From positions 3,472,001 through 3,536,000 of the forward strand of contig CM120643.1 in NCBI GenBank assembly GCA_051362555.1: a stretch of DNA of 64,000 nucleotides. The letters run 5' to 3'. Of the stretch, positions 49,321 to 61,100 are shown piece by piece. Position 1 is the first letter of the stretch. Each line of letters starts with the position of its first letter. The DNA is from Lingula anatina. Taxonomy: Eukaryota > Animalia > Brachiopoda. A model generated the notes under the pieces. The model had not been told where the DNA came from, ran no database searches, and worked only from the letters and a program-made list of their open reading frames with translations. Position numbers and translations under genes: made by a program.

Positions 49321-49869
49321 CTTTATGTACTGTCAGCATACTACTTAAAAAGGCAACAAGCTTACTATGTCCTGCCCCTTTTCATGAAACTCCAGCACAG
49401 ATTTTTTCAACATAATTTCTTAGCAATTAGAAGTGGGTATTGACATATTTTCACGTTTTAGTTTGACGTAAAATTTATGAATGGATGCATATATGGTGAT
49501 ATTGAAATGTTGTTATAGAAATAACTTGTTCAAGATTATAGAGATATGATAAGGTTTATTTGGGTGCAAAGCTGAGGGACTGTGGAAGTATTGTATTCAC
49601 ACGTACTTGAATGAAGTCAAAAGTAAAAGATGTGCTGGCATGCATTAGGTGTGTGAAAGTTATCTTCCAGAGTTTCTCAAAGGAAAGTAAAAGAGATAAA
49701 CGTGACTGTTGAGGATATTTTGAAGATTAAAAAACAACAAGAGTGGAAATCAATAAATAAATAATTTTAATATGACGAAAAAAACTGTACAGAAAATGTT
49801 GAATAAAATAAACAAAAAACTCCGAAAAATTGATATCGTTAAGTCACTGAAGTAGACGAGGTACTGCTA

Positions 49870-51293
49870 AGCCGTGAAATGGTAGACCGTGCTGCTACTG
49901 AAACGAATAGCTGTAGAGCCGTTGGTCGATAGATCGTGCTGTGGGCCGCTGAGACGAGTAGCTGCAGAGCCGTGGGTCGGTAGATCGTGCCATGGGCCGC
50001 TAAGACTAGTAGCTGCAGAGCCGTGGGTCGGTAGATCGTGCCATGGGCCGCTGAGACGAGTAGCTGCAGAGCCATGGGTCGGTAGATCGTGCAGTGGGCC
50101 ACTGAGACGAGTAGCTGCAGAGCCGTGGGTCGGTAGATGTCGTCCCGTGCCGTGGGTCGGTAGATGTCGTGCCGTACCGTGGGCCGCTAAGACTAGTAGC
50201 TGCAGAGCCGTGGGTCGGTAGATCGTGCCATGGGCCGCTGAGACGAGTAGCTGCAGAGCTGTGGGTCGGTAGATCGTGCCGTGGGCCGCTGAGAGGAGCA
50301 GCTGCAGAGCCGTAGCTCGGTAGATCGTGCCATGGGCAGCTGAGACGAGTAGCTGCAGAGCCGTGGGTAGGTAGATCATGCCGTGGGCTGCTGAGACGAG
50401 TAGCTACAGAGCCGTGAATCGGTAGATCGTGCCGCTGAGACGAGTAGCTGCAGAGCTGTGGGTCGGTAGATCGTGCCGTGGGCCGCTGAGACGAGTAGCT
50501 ACAGAGCCGTGAATCGGTAGATCATGCCGTGTGCCGCTGAGACGAGGTGGGCCGCTGCTGTAGAAGAATAGACTGAGCAGTAAAACTGCCCAGCTTATAT
50601 ACATTGGCCGTTGGTCGATAGATCGTGCTGTGGGCCGCTGAGACGAGTAGCTGCAGAGCCGTGGGTCGGTAGATCGTGCCATGGGCCGCTAAGACTAGTA
50701 GCTGCAGAGCCGTGGGTCGGTAGATCGTGCCATGGGCCGCTGAGACGAGTAGCTGCAGAGCCATGGGTCGGTAGATCGTGCAGTGGGCCACTGAGACGAG
50801 TAGCTGCAGAGCCGTGGGTCGGTAGATGTCGTCCCGTGCCGTGGGTCGGTAGATGTCGTGCCGTGCCGTGGGCCGCTAAGACTAGTAGCTGCAGAGCCGT
50901 GGGTCGGTAGATCGTGCCATGGGCCGCTGAGACGAGTAGCTGCAGAGCTGTGGGTCGGTAGATCGTGCCGTGGGCCGCTGAGAGGAGCAGCTGCAGAGCC
51001 GTAGCTCGGTAGATCGTGCCATGGGCAGCTGAGACGAGTAGCTGCAGAGCCGTGGGTAGGTAGATCATGCCGTGGGCTGCTGAGACGAGTAGCTACAGAG
51101 CCGTGAATCGGTAGATCATGCCGCTGAGACGAGTAGCTGCAGAGCTGTGGGTCGGTAGATCGTGCCGTGGGCCGCTGAGACGAGTAGCTACAGAGCCGTG
51201 AATCGGTAGATCATGCCGTGTGCCGCTGAGACGAGGTGGGCCGCTGCTGTAGAAGAATAGACTGAGCAGTAAAACTGCCCAGCTTATATACAT
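49870..51293. repeat. CpG-rich 51-bp minisatellite inside a 689-bp tandem duplication
   Basis: Unit ccgtgggtcggtagatcgtgccatgggccgctgagacgagtagctgcagag. Blocks 49918-50604 and 50607-51293 are almost identical. Confidence 0.95.
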
Positions 51294-51541
51294 GCTGCAG
51301 GTAAAAATCGTTCTGCTTCGAAAGAGTTAAAAAACGGGAGGGGGGTAGGGTAAACCGTCGCTGACACGTGACAAAATGTTATTTTGGCTAGTAATCTATA
51401 ATAAATATCTGATTCAAATTGAATAAAGTAACTTTTCTGATTTTGGAACCGAGACGGCAGTTCTGTTGTTTCTGACACCGACATCGCCCACTGATAGAGA
51501 CTGTTTATTATGAATTAACACAAAAATTAACAGTCAGTTAC

Positions 51542-51760
51542 CTCCACATCTCTGCTGCCATTGATGTGACAGACCAGTCTTTCTTCAAATGAATTAAAAC
51601 TGATGCGGTATTTAAATTCTACACAGTTGCCAACTTTTACAGGTGAACTGGAGTCATCACGCCAGAGACTGACAGGTATGGTGTCTGTGGTATCTGGAAC
51701 CAAAATACTTCTCAGTTTTGCTGGCTTTCCTTTCACCATTAAATCCTTGGTACTTTCTTC
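51542..51760 (-). CDS. Isolated exon encoding an OB-fold (RPA/SSB-like) domain
   Basis: 219-nt phase 0-0 exon with acceptor cttttcacag and donor GAG|gtaact, no stops: EESTKDLMVKGKPAKLRSILVPDTTDTIPVSLWRDDSSSPVKVGNCVEFKYRISFNSFEERLVCHINGSRDVE (DxTxxIxxxLW...VG pattern). Confidence 0.55.
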
Positions 51761-52211
51761 CTGTGAAAAGTTGAGAAAAGAGTTCAACAAAAGAAGCTAA
51801 CAATAAATAAAATATTAGCCTGCAATACTATGCAATGGTTTTGGAATGTTATTGCAAAATAGTTATTTGTGGTACCTCTTGAAGATCCAGTGATAATCCT
51901 ATACAGACTTATGCTAAGCACTATCCCAATGTGACATGATGCTGATGAAATACCTTCAGTGACAAACTTAGTTAAGATCAAAACTTAAGTTTAACAATGC
52001 ATTAAAAGTACAATATCTCTCACCATACAGGGCTCTGTAATAACTTTTTCAGCCATGTGCCCAGCTTCTAGAAGAGTCACCCGTCACAATCATCATTGAC
52101 GTGATGGCGTCTCTGGCCTCCATGCAGCCACCTGTCATACAGCTTATCTGCATCAAATGCCTCATATGATTCACCCTCAGTGGAAATGAGAAGAAGGTTA
52201 TCTAACAGGCT

Positions 52212-52686
52212 GGGCCTAGTTTCATAAAGGACATTGTGTTTCCTAGATCGCATTCACAACGAGTTGAGCCAGGCTTTACAAATCCTGGGGACTAAATATG
52301 GCAGACGTACATGAAAGAAAAACCGCCTAATCTTTTAATAGTCTCTCCGCCTCTCACACACCTCCCCTGCAGGGGGACAGTCATTAAATATCGGCTCTAT
52401 TGGAACGACACATGGGGAGGCGTGTGGTTTTTCTTTCATGTACGTCTGCCATATTTAGTCCCCAGGATTTGTAAAGCCTGGCTCAACTAGTTGTGAATGC
52501 GATCCTAAACTGTTTAAACAGCCGATTAGTTAACTGGCCAGTGTATAGCTGCATAAAATATTTAAAGGTCAGTTAACTAACCAGCTGTTTAAACACTGTT
52601 TATGTTTAAAATTGTGTTTCATAGGAGAATTTATCCACTGGTTAGGCTTATACACTGGTTAGTGCTAAACGTCCTTTATGAAACTG
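52212..52686. mobile_element. Harbinger-like MITE inserted in the hAT coding remnant
   Basis: Inverted ends agtttcataaaggac (left end starts gggcct) and gtcctttatgaaact. The right tip appears clipped. Confidence 0.55.
52246..52504. mobile_element. Palindromic MITE with ~79-bp TIRs and 3-bp TSD (CTA)
   Basis: gatcgcattcacaacgagttgagccaggc...gaaagaaaaacc and its reverse complement with 1 mismatch. cta at 52243-52245 and 52505-52507. Confidence 0.9.
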
Positions 52687-53429
52687 TTTTCATTCTCTTC
52701 ACTTCACTGAATCCACATTCACAGACTGCTGAAGACATGGCAGTCACTAAAAAAATTTCTAATACCATACTGATGTTACTGAATCTTCTCTGTAATTCTT
52801 TATCTGTAAACAACATGGCCCATGTATCCTGGATGTGTGCAGCATTACGTCTACCCTCACATTTACTCTGTTCATTACCAAAGCTTTAAGTGCTGGCCTC
52901 TTGGGTTCTGGTCATACCCAAGTCTCTGCAGCAACTCATTAAAATAAGCCATTATAATTTGGAGATCAGCATTCCTGTGTACAGCCAATTGACCTATTTA
53001 TGGAGATTTCACGATTTTATGAAATTAAATATCCATTCTTTTACTTTATTTTGACACTTGCCCAATCAGGCAAGCATTCAGGTGAGTGGACTTGCCCGAC
53101 ATCAATGTCTACTTGCTCCAGGCAATCAGGAAATCCTTATTGTTGAGCCCTGGACAGTTACATAGATAAGCATTCTTGGGCAGGGTAATGTAGTACAGGT
53201 TGCTGGTTAAAATGAAAACACTAATATGCTGTGATGTTTCCAGTACTACAGCTAAATGAAGTTAATTATGTGCTCGGTGAGGCATGGCAAGAAACACATG
53301 CTGATGGTCACATTTAATACCACGGTCCGTTAACATGTGATAGCTGATACAAGAAGGCGCACATCTTGGTGGTGAGAGCTTTATCAAAGTGTTTTACTCT
53401 ATTCTAACACAGGTGATGTTTTACAGTAG

Positions 53430-54170
53430 GTTTATTCACAAAAGCGTTGTAGTCGAAGGCCATTAATAGCTTCACCTTCCTCGCCACCATATAAAGACAC
53501 TAGTGCCTTTTCACAACCTCAATAATCCTTTCTTGACATGAATTGTCACTGGCAAATGTGATTGCCTGCTGTTTGAAAAAAGGACTTCTCATGCCCATTA
53601 GAGATACCCGTTTTCCTATCCCAAAGGGAAATGATGTTGTGTCACATCCTAAGATGGAATGGATGAAGAGAATACTGTTGCATACATCACTTCCTAACTT
53701 GGCCCTTCTTGTTCTAATGTTCCAGCATTTTGATGGTCCTTTGGCATTGCTCTTTTGTTGGGGTTTTAAAAAAATTGGTAAACTTTGTCCTTGGCATGAT
53801 ACAGTAGGACTAGGAGCACCAGAAGATCAGTGTCATCACCCGCAAGGATAGTATTATATCATGTTTGTCTGAAGAGGCAACTGCAGCTTTGGCAATATGG
53901 AGGTCTGCATTGCCTGAAGCTTGGTTTACTTGAACTCCAACACTTTCCAACTTGTCACCAAGGAAATTAATGAACCTCTGTTTGTTTTCTTTGTTGGCAA
54001 GAAATTCTTCCTTTCTACTTTGCAGCTTCATCTCACCAGTGAACATGACAGCTGTGCTCATACTGTTGGACCTTCTTAGTTGTGTAGAATCCTTAGTAGA
54101 GGGGCCATGAAGATAACCATCAAACACCACTACAGCTCTATTACTAGGACATATGTGACATACTGGTGTG
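53430..54170 (-). mobile_element. Remnant of an XPG/FEN1-like (PIN) nuclease ORF of transposon type
   Basis: VVVFDGY...STKD...RR, FLANKENKQRFINFL, NADLHI, GDDTDLLVLL, LFIHSILGCDTTSFPFGIGK (H3TH-like), with frameshifts. Confidence 0.7.
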
Positions 54171-54364
54171 CAAATAACCATCAAACACCACTACATCTTT
54201 ATTACTAGGACATATGTGACATACTGGTGTACTAATAACCATCAAACACCACTACAGCTTTATTACTAGGACATATGTGACATACTGGTGTGCAAATAAC
54301 CATCAAACACCACTACATCTTTATTACTAGGACATATGTGACATACTGGTGTGCAAATAACCAT
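54116..54364. repeat. 61-bp tandem repeat, 4 copies, amplified from the nuclease coding sequence
   Basis: aaccatcaaacaccactaca...ttattactaggacatatgtgacatactggtgtgcaaat at 54116, 54177, 54237 and 54298. Confidence 0.95.
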
Positions 54365-54836
54365 ATTTCAGCTGATTGAAAGTCAACTGCAGCTGGTTTG
54401 TCTTTGTGGCTTTGAAAAACAATGGCTACCAGATAATTACAAGGCCTGTATGCTGGGGACTTATAAGAATTCCTTTGAGATGAGAGTTGATACATTGTTT
54501 CTTATGTGTCTGAAAGAAAAAATAAGTTTGTGAAGTCATCCATTGTCCCCCCCCCCTCCTTTTTTATTAAAAACTTTTCCCTATAATACAGACATGTTGC
54601 ATATATTATATTATCTCCTGACCTTTATTTGGGGAAAATTTTTTTTCCTGACATAATGTCCTTCCTTCTGAAAATTTTTGTTGGAGATGATTTGTCTCAA
54701 TGCAGTCAAGGTTTGTGTAGCAGGCTCCAACCATTTCTTTTTTCTCCCTGATATCAGGAGATAGGGTCCATGTTCCTGTAGCCATCCCCAGACATCCACT
54801 GGTGTTCATTCTGAACATGGTGCATGTCCCCCCTCC

Positions 54837-54867
<31 letters not shown>

Positions 54868-56177
54868 ACTTTGACTTAGTGAAAATTTTTAAAAATACAT
54901 AATTTATTTATTTATTTTATTTTTGCATGTATATTTTGTTTTACACCAAATATGCAGAGTGGCTTTGTTTAGTAAAAAGGCTGCTTGAATTTAAAATTAG
55001 CAGGATTTGATTATTTTTACAAATACACATGTACAGTTTTATAAGTATTGAAAAATACTATTATATAACTAATGGTAAAACTGGTGAATTTGCAAACCCA
55101 TAGGCCTTGGCCCATATTTGTATATATTTGGTGCTGTCACAGAAAAAATCTATTAAACTCTTGTTGCAACATGTTTTGTGTCTGTATATTTTGCCAGCTT
55201 TGCTGTCTAGTCTTATGTTAGTGCTCATCTTATGGTTTGCCCAAGGATAATTAAGTATAAAACATGTCTGCAGCAATTTTGTATAAGTAATATGGAGAAA
55301 ATCATTTCATTATCATTTCTTTAAAATAAAGAATTTAGCTAATTTTGGCAATAAATATATTGAAGCTTTTATACTAATATGTACAGTACTGTTGTGATGT
55401 CATTGTAGTCTTAATAAAAGATGAGTACTTATTATTACTTTTGTTGCTTACTTTGTAATCTTATGTACATTTTTTAAAATAAAGTTGAATGAAAAGACAA
55501 TTTTTTTTCTTATCTTAAATATCCAAAGTTATGTATTGAGTTAACTTGCCTAAAGTAGTACTAATAAACTAATACTGGGTAAAGCAAGTCAGAATGATGA
55601 CTGAATCATCACCTTGTTAATGCCTGTTATAAAAGTACTGGTACCTAGTAAATTCCCACCTGGTAATTCTGGAGCTCCTTGTAATCACAGAATGTTTATT
55701 TATTTAATTAAGCTCATTAGTGCAGAATTTTATTTAAGAGAAAGTGGGCTGAAATTATAGAGGCATAGATAAAGAGAAGGGAGAAAGAGAAATTAAATAC
55801 TAAGAAAATTTCAGACTCGTATACCTTTACTTTTTAATGCACAAATGTAATTAAAAAGTACTGTGCAGATGTTGTACAAATACAGTTTTGTAAGTCTGAA
55901 AATTAAATGTAAAGTCTACAATGCAGTTTATGTCATTATTTTTCATGCTTACATATTATGTTAGGTAATTATATGATTTCATCAACTGTATTCATAACTT
56001 TCAATTTTAATGCACTTTTTGAACATATATTTGACCTTTGTTTTTCTTAGAATTATCATTTCAACATAATAAATGTACCAACCAACTTTTTATTTTAAAT
56101 AAATATTAAATTATATTATTATTATGTGTTGTTGTTGTTGTTTTATTTATATGACTGTGTAAGAATATTTAGGTCTA

Positions 56178-56430
56178 AGAACTCAGTCCCAATAAAAATA
56201 AGAGTGCATTCAGTGCATTATCTGTCTAGGTAGATCAATTCAGGGGGACTCTTGCTGAATGTAATCAGATTAAGAGATTAGCATACCACCCCCTAGCTTT
56301 GAGTAGAAAATGGAAAACAAGCATGTTATAAACAAAAGGAGGCGAGCCAATCTGATTGCATTCAGCAAGAGTCCCTGTGGAGCTGGATCGATTTACATAG
56401 ACCAATAGTGTCATTGGGAATGAGTCCTAA
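56178..56430. mobile_element. Degenerate MITE or inverted-repeat element
   Basis: gggactcttgctgaatgtaatcagatt pairs with aatctgattgcattcagcaagagtccc; outer pair actcagtcccaat / attgggaatgagt. Confidence 0.65.
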
Positions 56431-56544
56431 ATTAAGGCACTAGTAGATATGTCATTGGCAATACTAAGATGAATAAAAATAAAATGATAAAAAGAAAATG
56501 TAGTGATAGTTTCTAATATGATTCTTTTACTTCCAAAAGTAAAG

Positions 56545-58128
56545 CGTGAAAATATTTTTTATTCTATTTTCATTGGTTGTCTCTCCTTTTGTGCGCCAAC
56601 ACTATTTTAATGAAACACAAATGAAAGACATAAGTGTTGGCCCACAAAGCGAAAGAAAACCAATGAAAATAGAATAAATATTAACACGCTTCATGGTAAC
56701 GTATGTATCGGTAACGTATGTATCATTTTAACGTAACAAAGAAGAATAAGCGACGTAAAAACAAGCGTGCGCACATATACAACGTCGCACGCAACCACAG
56801 AGTCGCGACAACAGAGAACAAACAATGAAGTCAGAAAACAATACCTTCACGTTATTTGGTAACGTATATGTATCATATTAACTATACAAATAAGAATGAG
56901 GGCCGTATAACAAAAAGCGAACATATAGGCCTACAAAGTCACACCCACTCACTAAGTCGTGACATTTGGTCACGTACATATATATCTATATAACGTATGA
57001 ATCAAATGTACAATTTTCACAGATAGTTGAAGGCAAGAAATCTTATTTGTCTCATTTTCTTTCATTTTGATGTAGCATTAAGACGTAAGTGCTGTCCCAC
57101 AAAACGAAAGAAAACCAATGAAAATAGAATAAATAAATATTTACACGCTTCATGGTAACGTACGTATCGGTAGCCTATGTATCATATTGACATAACAAAC
57201 AGAATGAACGACGTACAAACGTGCGCACATATAAATGTACAAAGACGCACGCACTAACAAAGCCGTGACAAAAGAAAACAATCAATGGAATCAGAAAACA
57301 ACACCTTCATATTATTTGGCCATGTATATATCAGTAACGTATGTATCATATGAACAATTTTCACAGATAGTTGACGGCAAGAAATCTTTTTTGTCTCGTT
57401 TTCTTTCATTTTTATGTAACATTAAGACATAAGTGTTGGCGCACAAAACGAAAGACAACCAATGAAAATAGTTACTATGTGGCTTGTAAATACTTTTATA
57501 TTTTAATTGTTTGTTGTCCGTCTTGTGAGCAAACGCCTTATTCTTGCGGTATACAACATTACAATAAGAAGGAAAAGCAGGGCAAGTAAAGATTACTTGT
57601 CTTGAAACCGTTTGTTGAAATTCTTTATATGATACATACGTCACCGATACATACGGTACCAAATAACATGAAGGTATTGCTGTTTTCTAATTTCATTGTT
57701 TGTTCTCTGTTGTCGCGAGTCTGTGGTTGCGTGCGACGTTGTATATGTGCGCACGCATGTTATTACGTCGCTCATTCTTCTTTGTTACGTTAAAATGATA
57801 CATACGTTACCATAAAGCGGGTAAATATTTTTTATTCTATTTTCATTGGTTGTCTCTCCTTTTGTGCGCCAACACTATTTTAATGAAACACAAATAAAAG
57901 ACATAAGTGTTGGCCCACAAAGCGAAAGAAAACCAATGAAAATAGAATAAATATTTACACGCTTCATGGTAACGTATATATCGGTAACGTATGTATCATT
58001 TTAGCGTAACAAAGAAGAACAAGGGACGTAAAAACAAGCGTGCGCACATATACAACTAAACGTCGCACACAACCACAGAGTCGCGACAACAGAGAACAAA
58101 CAATGAAATCAGAAAACAATACCTTCAC
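56545..58128. repeat. Cluster of direct and inverted repeat units (foldback complex)
   Basis: ~56550-56850 is repeated directly at ~57824-58128, and ~57660-57870 is the inverse of ~56635-56860. The motif ggtaacgtatgtatc and the hairpin tattctattttcattggtt...aaccaatgaaaatagaata recur. Confidence 0.85.
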
Positions 58129-61100
58129 AAATGATGCGTAACTCAGTAAACTGATTCTTATGTGATTTATTTTTTCTAAGAAGCATATTTGGGTTCATAT
58201 GTACTGCTGCATAAAAATTAAAATGTTAGATATACATGTAGAATTTTTAGTACAAACCTAAGTCGCCACAACTCTAGTGTTAAATATTTACAGTGCTAGA
58301 GCAATAGGTGACAGCATGTTTTAATTGGGATGCTTTAATAATAAAAACCTCGTTTATTTGGGATGAAGGTCTATAGATGGACAAAACAAAATGGTTTGTT
58401 TGTGCAATAACCTGATGATAACGTTTAGATTGCGTTAAGCCGCATCGTGTCTTCTCTAACACAATCCCACAGTCAGTGCTATTATTATGTAAACCAGGTG
58501 AGCATTTTGGTGAGAGGTATTCAGATAGGACCAAGGTCAGTAGGAAGAGGAAGAAGCCTCATATGCCATATTACCAAACTTTCCACACGTAGACTGAAAT
58601 TTTGGCACTGAGAACTGATGTAGTTTGTTGTAAGTACTGTATAGATGATATAAGGCAACACTGGTCGGTTTATGTTGACGATATTTTATCCAAAAGTATG
58701 CATTTCCCACTTCAGACGTAATGGCTCTTGGATATATTTCATTGACATGAATGCTGAAATGAGCTTGGAAAGTTTAATAACTTTTTATATTGCTTTTTCC
58801 AGAAGGAAAGTATTTGCTCATAAAGAAGTGAGAAGATTATCCTAGCCGTCCAAAGGTCTGAACGCGTTATTCCGTCTTAAACAAAGCAAGACGACAAAGC
58901 AGGTAACTATCGGTGCATTCTCAGCAACCAGTGGGTGCCTTTTTTCACGACAGCAGCTTGTACAAATATATCCTGTTTATTAAAGTTAACTGTCAACAAA
59001 CCAGTGGTATTCTAGAGAACTAACCTCGACCAGGAAAGAAAATGTATATTAGCTAGGCTCTGTAGACCTCCCTTGACTTCAATTTCATAATTTTATTTTC
59101 ATTCCGTCATTGTAATGTGTGTCATTTTCTAGAACGTGTAGGGTTAATATAAAGAATATATATCTATTCTTATAATATTTTATCTCTCAATTTATACCGA
59201 AATGAATCGGTGTAAAGATAATATTTCACTTTATCAAACTCTTAGATAGATTTTCTCGCATGTGGATTTTGTTTAATTTATTTCATTTTTCATTTAATTT
59301 CAGTGCCTTGTAACAATCGTCTACGATTAGATTGGTCGCACTCCCAGCAAAGACATCAGATTCGTGTTCGCCAGCGCCCGCACCCATGTCAACGTTGTCT
59401 TGCGTGTCGAAGTTTGTCGTATAGTCAACTTGCAGGGTTGACATTTGCTTTGGTTTGAAATGTAATGTTTGCTTTGGATTGTAATATTCTGCATCAAAAC
59501 ATGTATCGAATGAAGTACAGCGTGCAACAAATGTTTTATTCATGAAAATTCTAATGAAATGGACTAAATCTAAGCGTCAACCCTGCAGGTCGCTGGTTTA
59601 TTATTATGCATTTGTAAATAAGTTGTAGTACAGCACTCTATCCGCACACGATGTTTTTATTGTGATTTAATTTTTTGTTCATACCCACCAGTTCTCGAAC
59701 CGGAAACGACACTTTTTAAGTTATCTTAAAACAAAAATGTGCCTTGCCTAAGTGTTCTATGAAAATAAAATTAATAGTTGTAAAATTATCATAAAGTGAT
59801 GTGCAGGTAGAGCACTGAGACAGTACGACCGGTTTAATGTTTGATTGTCAAATTTTGTGTGTGGGCAAATATGTAATAAGACACGAAAATGCATGTTTAT
59901 CCATATTAAATCGGTTACAAACATTGATTTTAATGAAGTTAGCTTTAGAAATAAATAGGTAGCAACTTCATTACGTAAAATGCCTACAGGAATTTTATTG
60001 TGGGTTCAATGGAAGAAATGAACGAGATGTAAATTTACAATAAACTGTAAACGCTGAAATCCAATTATGACACTTAAGAATTAACGGCAAAATGAAATTG
60101 TAAAAAGTGCTCAAGTTATTGCAGAATTGCCCACACGTATTAAAACGGTTCTTTCTAAAATTGTGAATATGCGGTTATGGCGCATGGTAAGAATAAACTT
60201 CCTTTGGTTCCCGGTGTTTTGATATACTAGTAGTATGTCTGATCAGTGATAGACCCATAGTTTTATTGCGGGGAGGGGGTAGAAATGTTCGTTTTCAGAA
60301 TATCAAACCACGGGTTGGGTTAGTTTTTTCTGCAATTAATAAGTTTTTGTTATTAAAGAAGGGAAATTAACATTATACCTTCCTTACAAAGCGTAAATAC
60401 TCACAAAAGAAACTGTGATTAGTAGAAAGTGTTTCCTTTTGCGTCAATTGAAATGTACATGTAGAACTGGCATTTATCGCATCTTTTACAAGTTGAAATT
60501 TTGAAAAATCCGAAACTTTAGTTATCGCAAAGCTCTGATTTGGGGGTAATGGGTATTTCCTAGTAATTAAAGAAACTTGGTCAGTTAATCGCCTAAAAAA
60601 ACTTTTTCTTTTGTGATTTTTTTTTTTTTTTTTTTTTTGTCTAATCAAACATGAAAAAACAAAAAAAAAATATAAGAAAAAAGACACTTTGGTAAAAGTA
60701 GAAGATAATGTTAATCTTGTACGCGATACTTTCATAATTCTATATTTCGGTCGGGATCAAGGAGTGGTTGATGACAAAAGGCCAGATTAGGTGCCAGTCC
60801 TGCACGTGCTGTTGGGTTTTTGCTGAGTGTTTCTTGACCACTGAACACCAGTGACCGTAGAGTTTATTAGGATTTTCTGAGTTATTTTAAGTAAACTTGT
60901 TTTTGCATAACCTTTTTAATTTTGTTTACATGTTGTTCTTAAAAATGGTTATGACTGAGATAAGGTTGTAAACTGACCATGTCTTCATGCTGTTCTTGAT
61001 TCGCACGACGCGTAAATTTAAGTGTTCACTGAAATTTGTGCCACCAAAACCCTATTTTAAGATTTAAAAGAGAAGAAAAAAATAACGCAAAATATGAGGT

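Larger units (their letters stand above)
52028..53152 (-). mobile_element. hAT remnant with nested MITEs
   Basis: TIR-like ends cagggctctgtaataa / ttattgttgagccctg with no matching TSD. Coding remnants FSNISMVLEIFLVTAMSSAVCECGFSEVKRMKT (~52690-52800) and ISTEGESYEAFDADKLYDRW (~52110-52200) are split by an insertion. Confidence 0.65.

Noticed and set aside
49839-51293. 17-aa repeat proteins in several frames, or a hammerhead ribozyme array
   Set aside because: Frames shift at unit indels and are open on both strands. ctgagacga does not give the CUGAnGA…GAAA core.
59283-59543. 86-aa ATG-initiated ORF
   Set aside because: No recognisable motif or splice context, and the length is compatible with chance.
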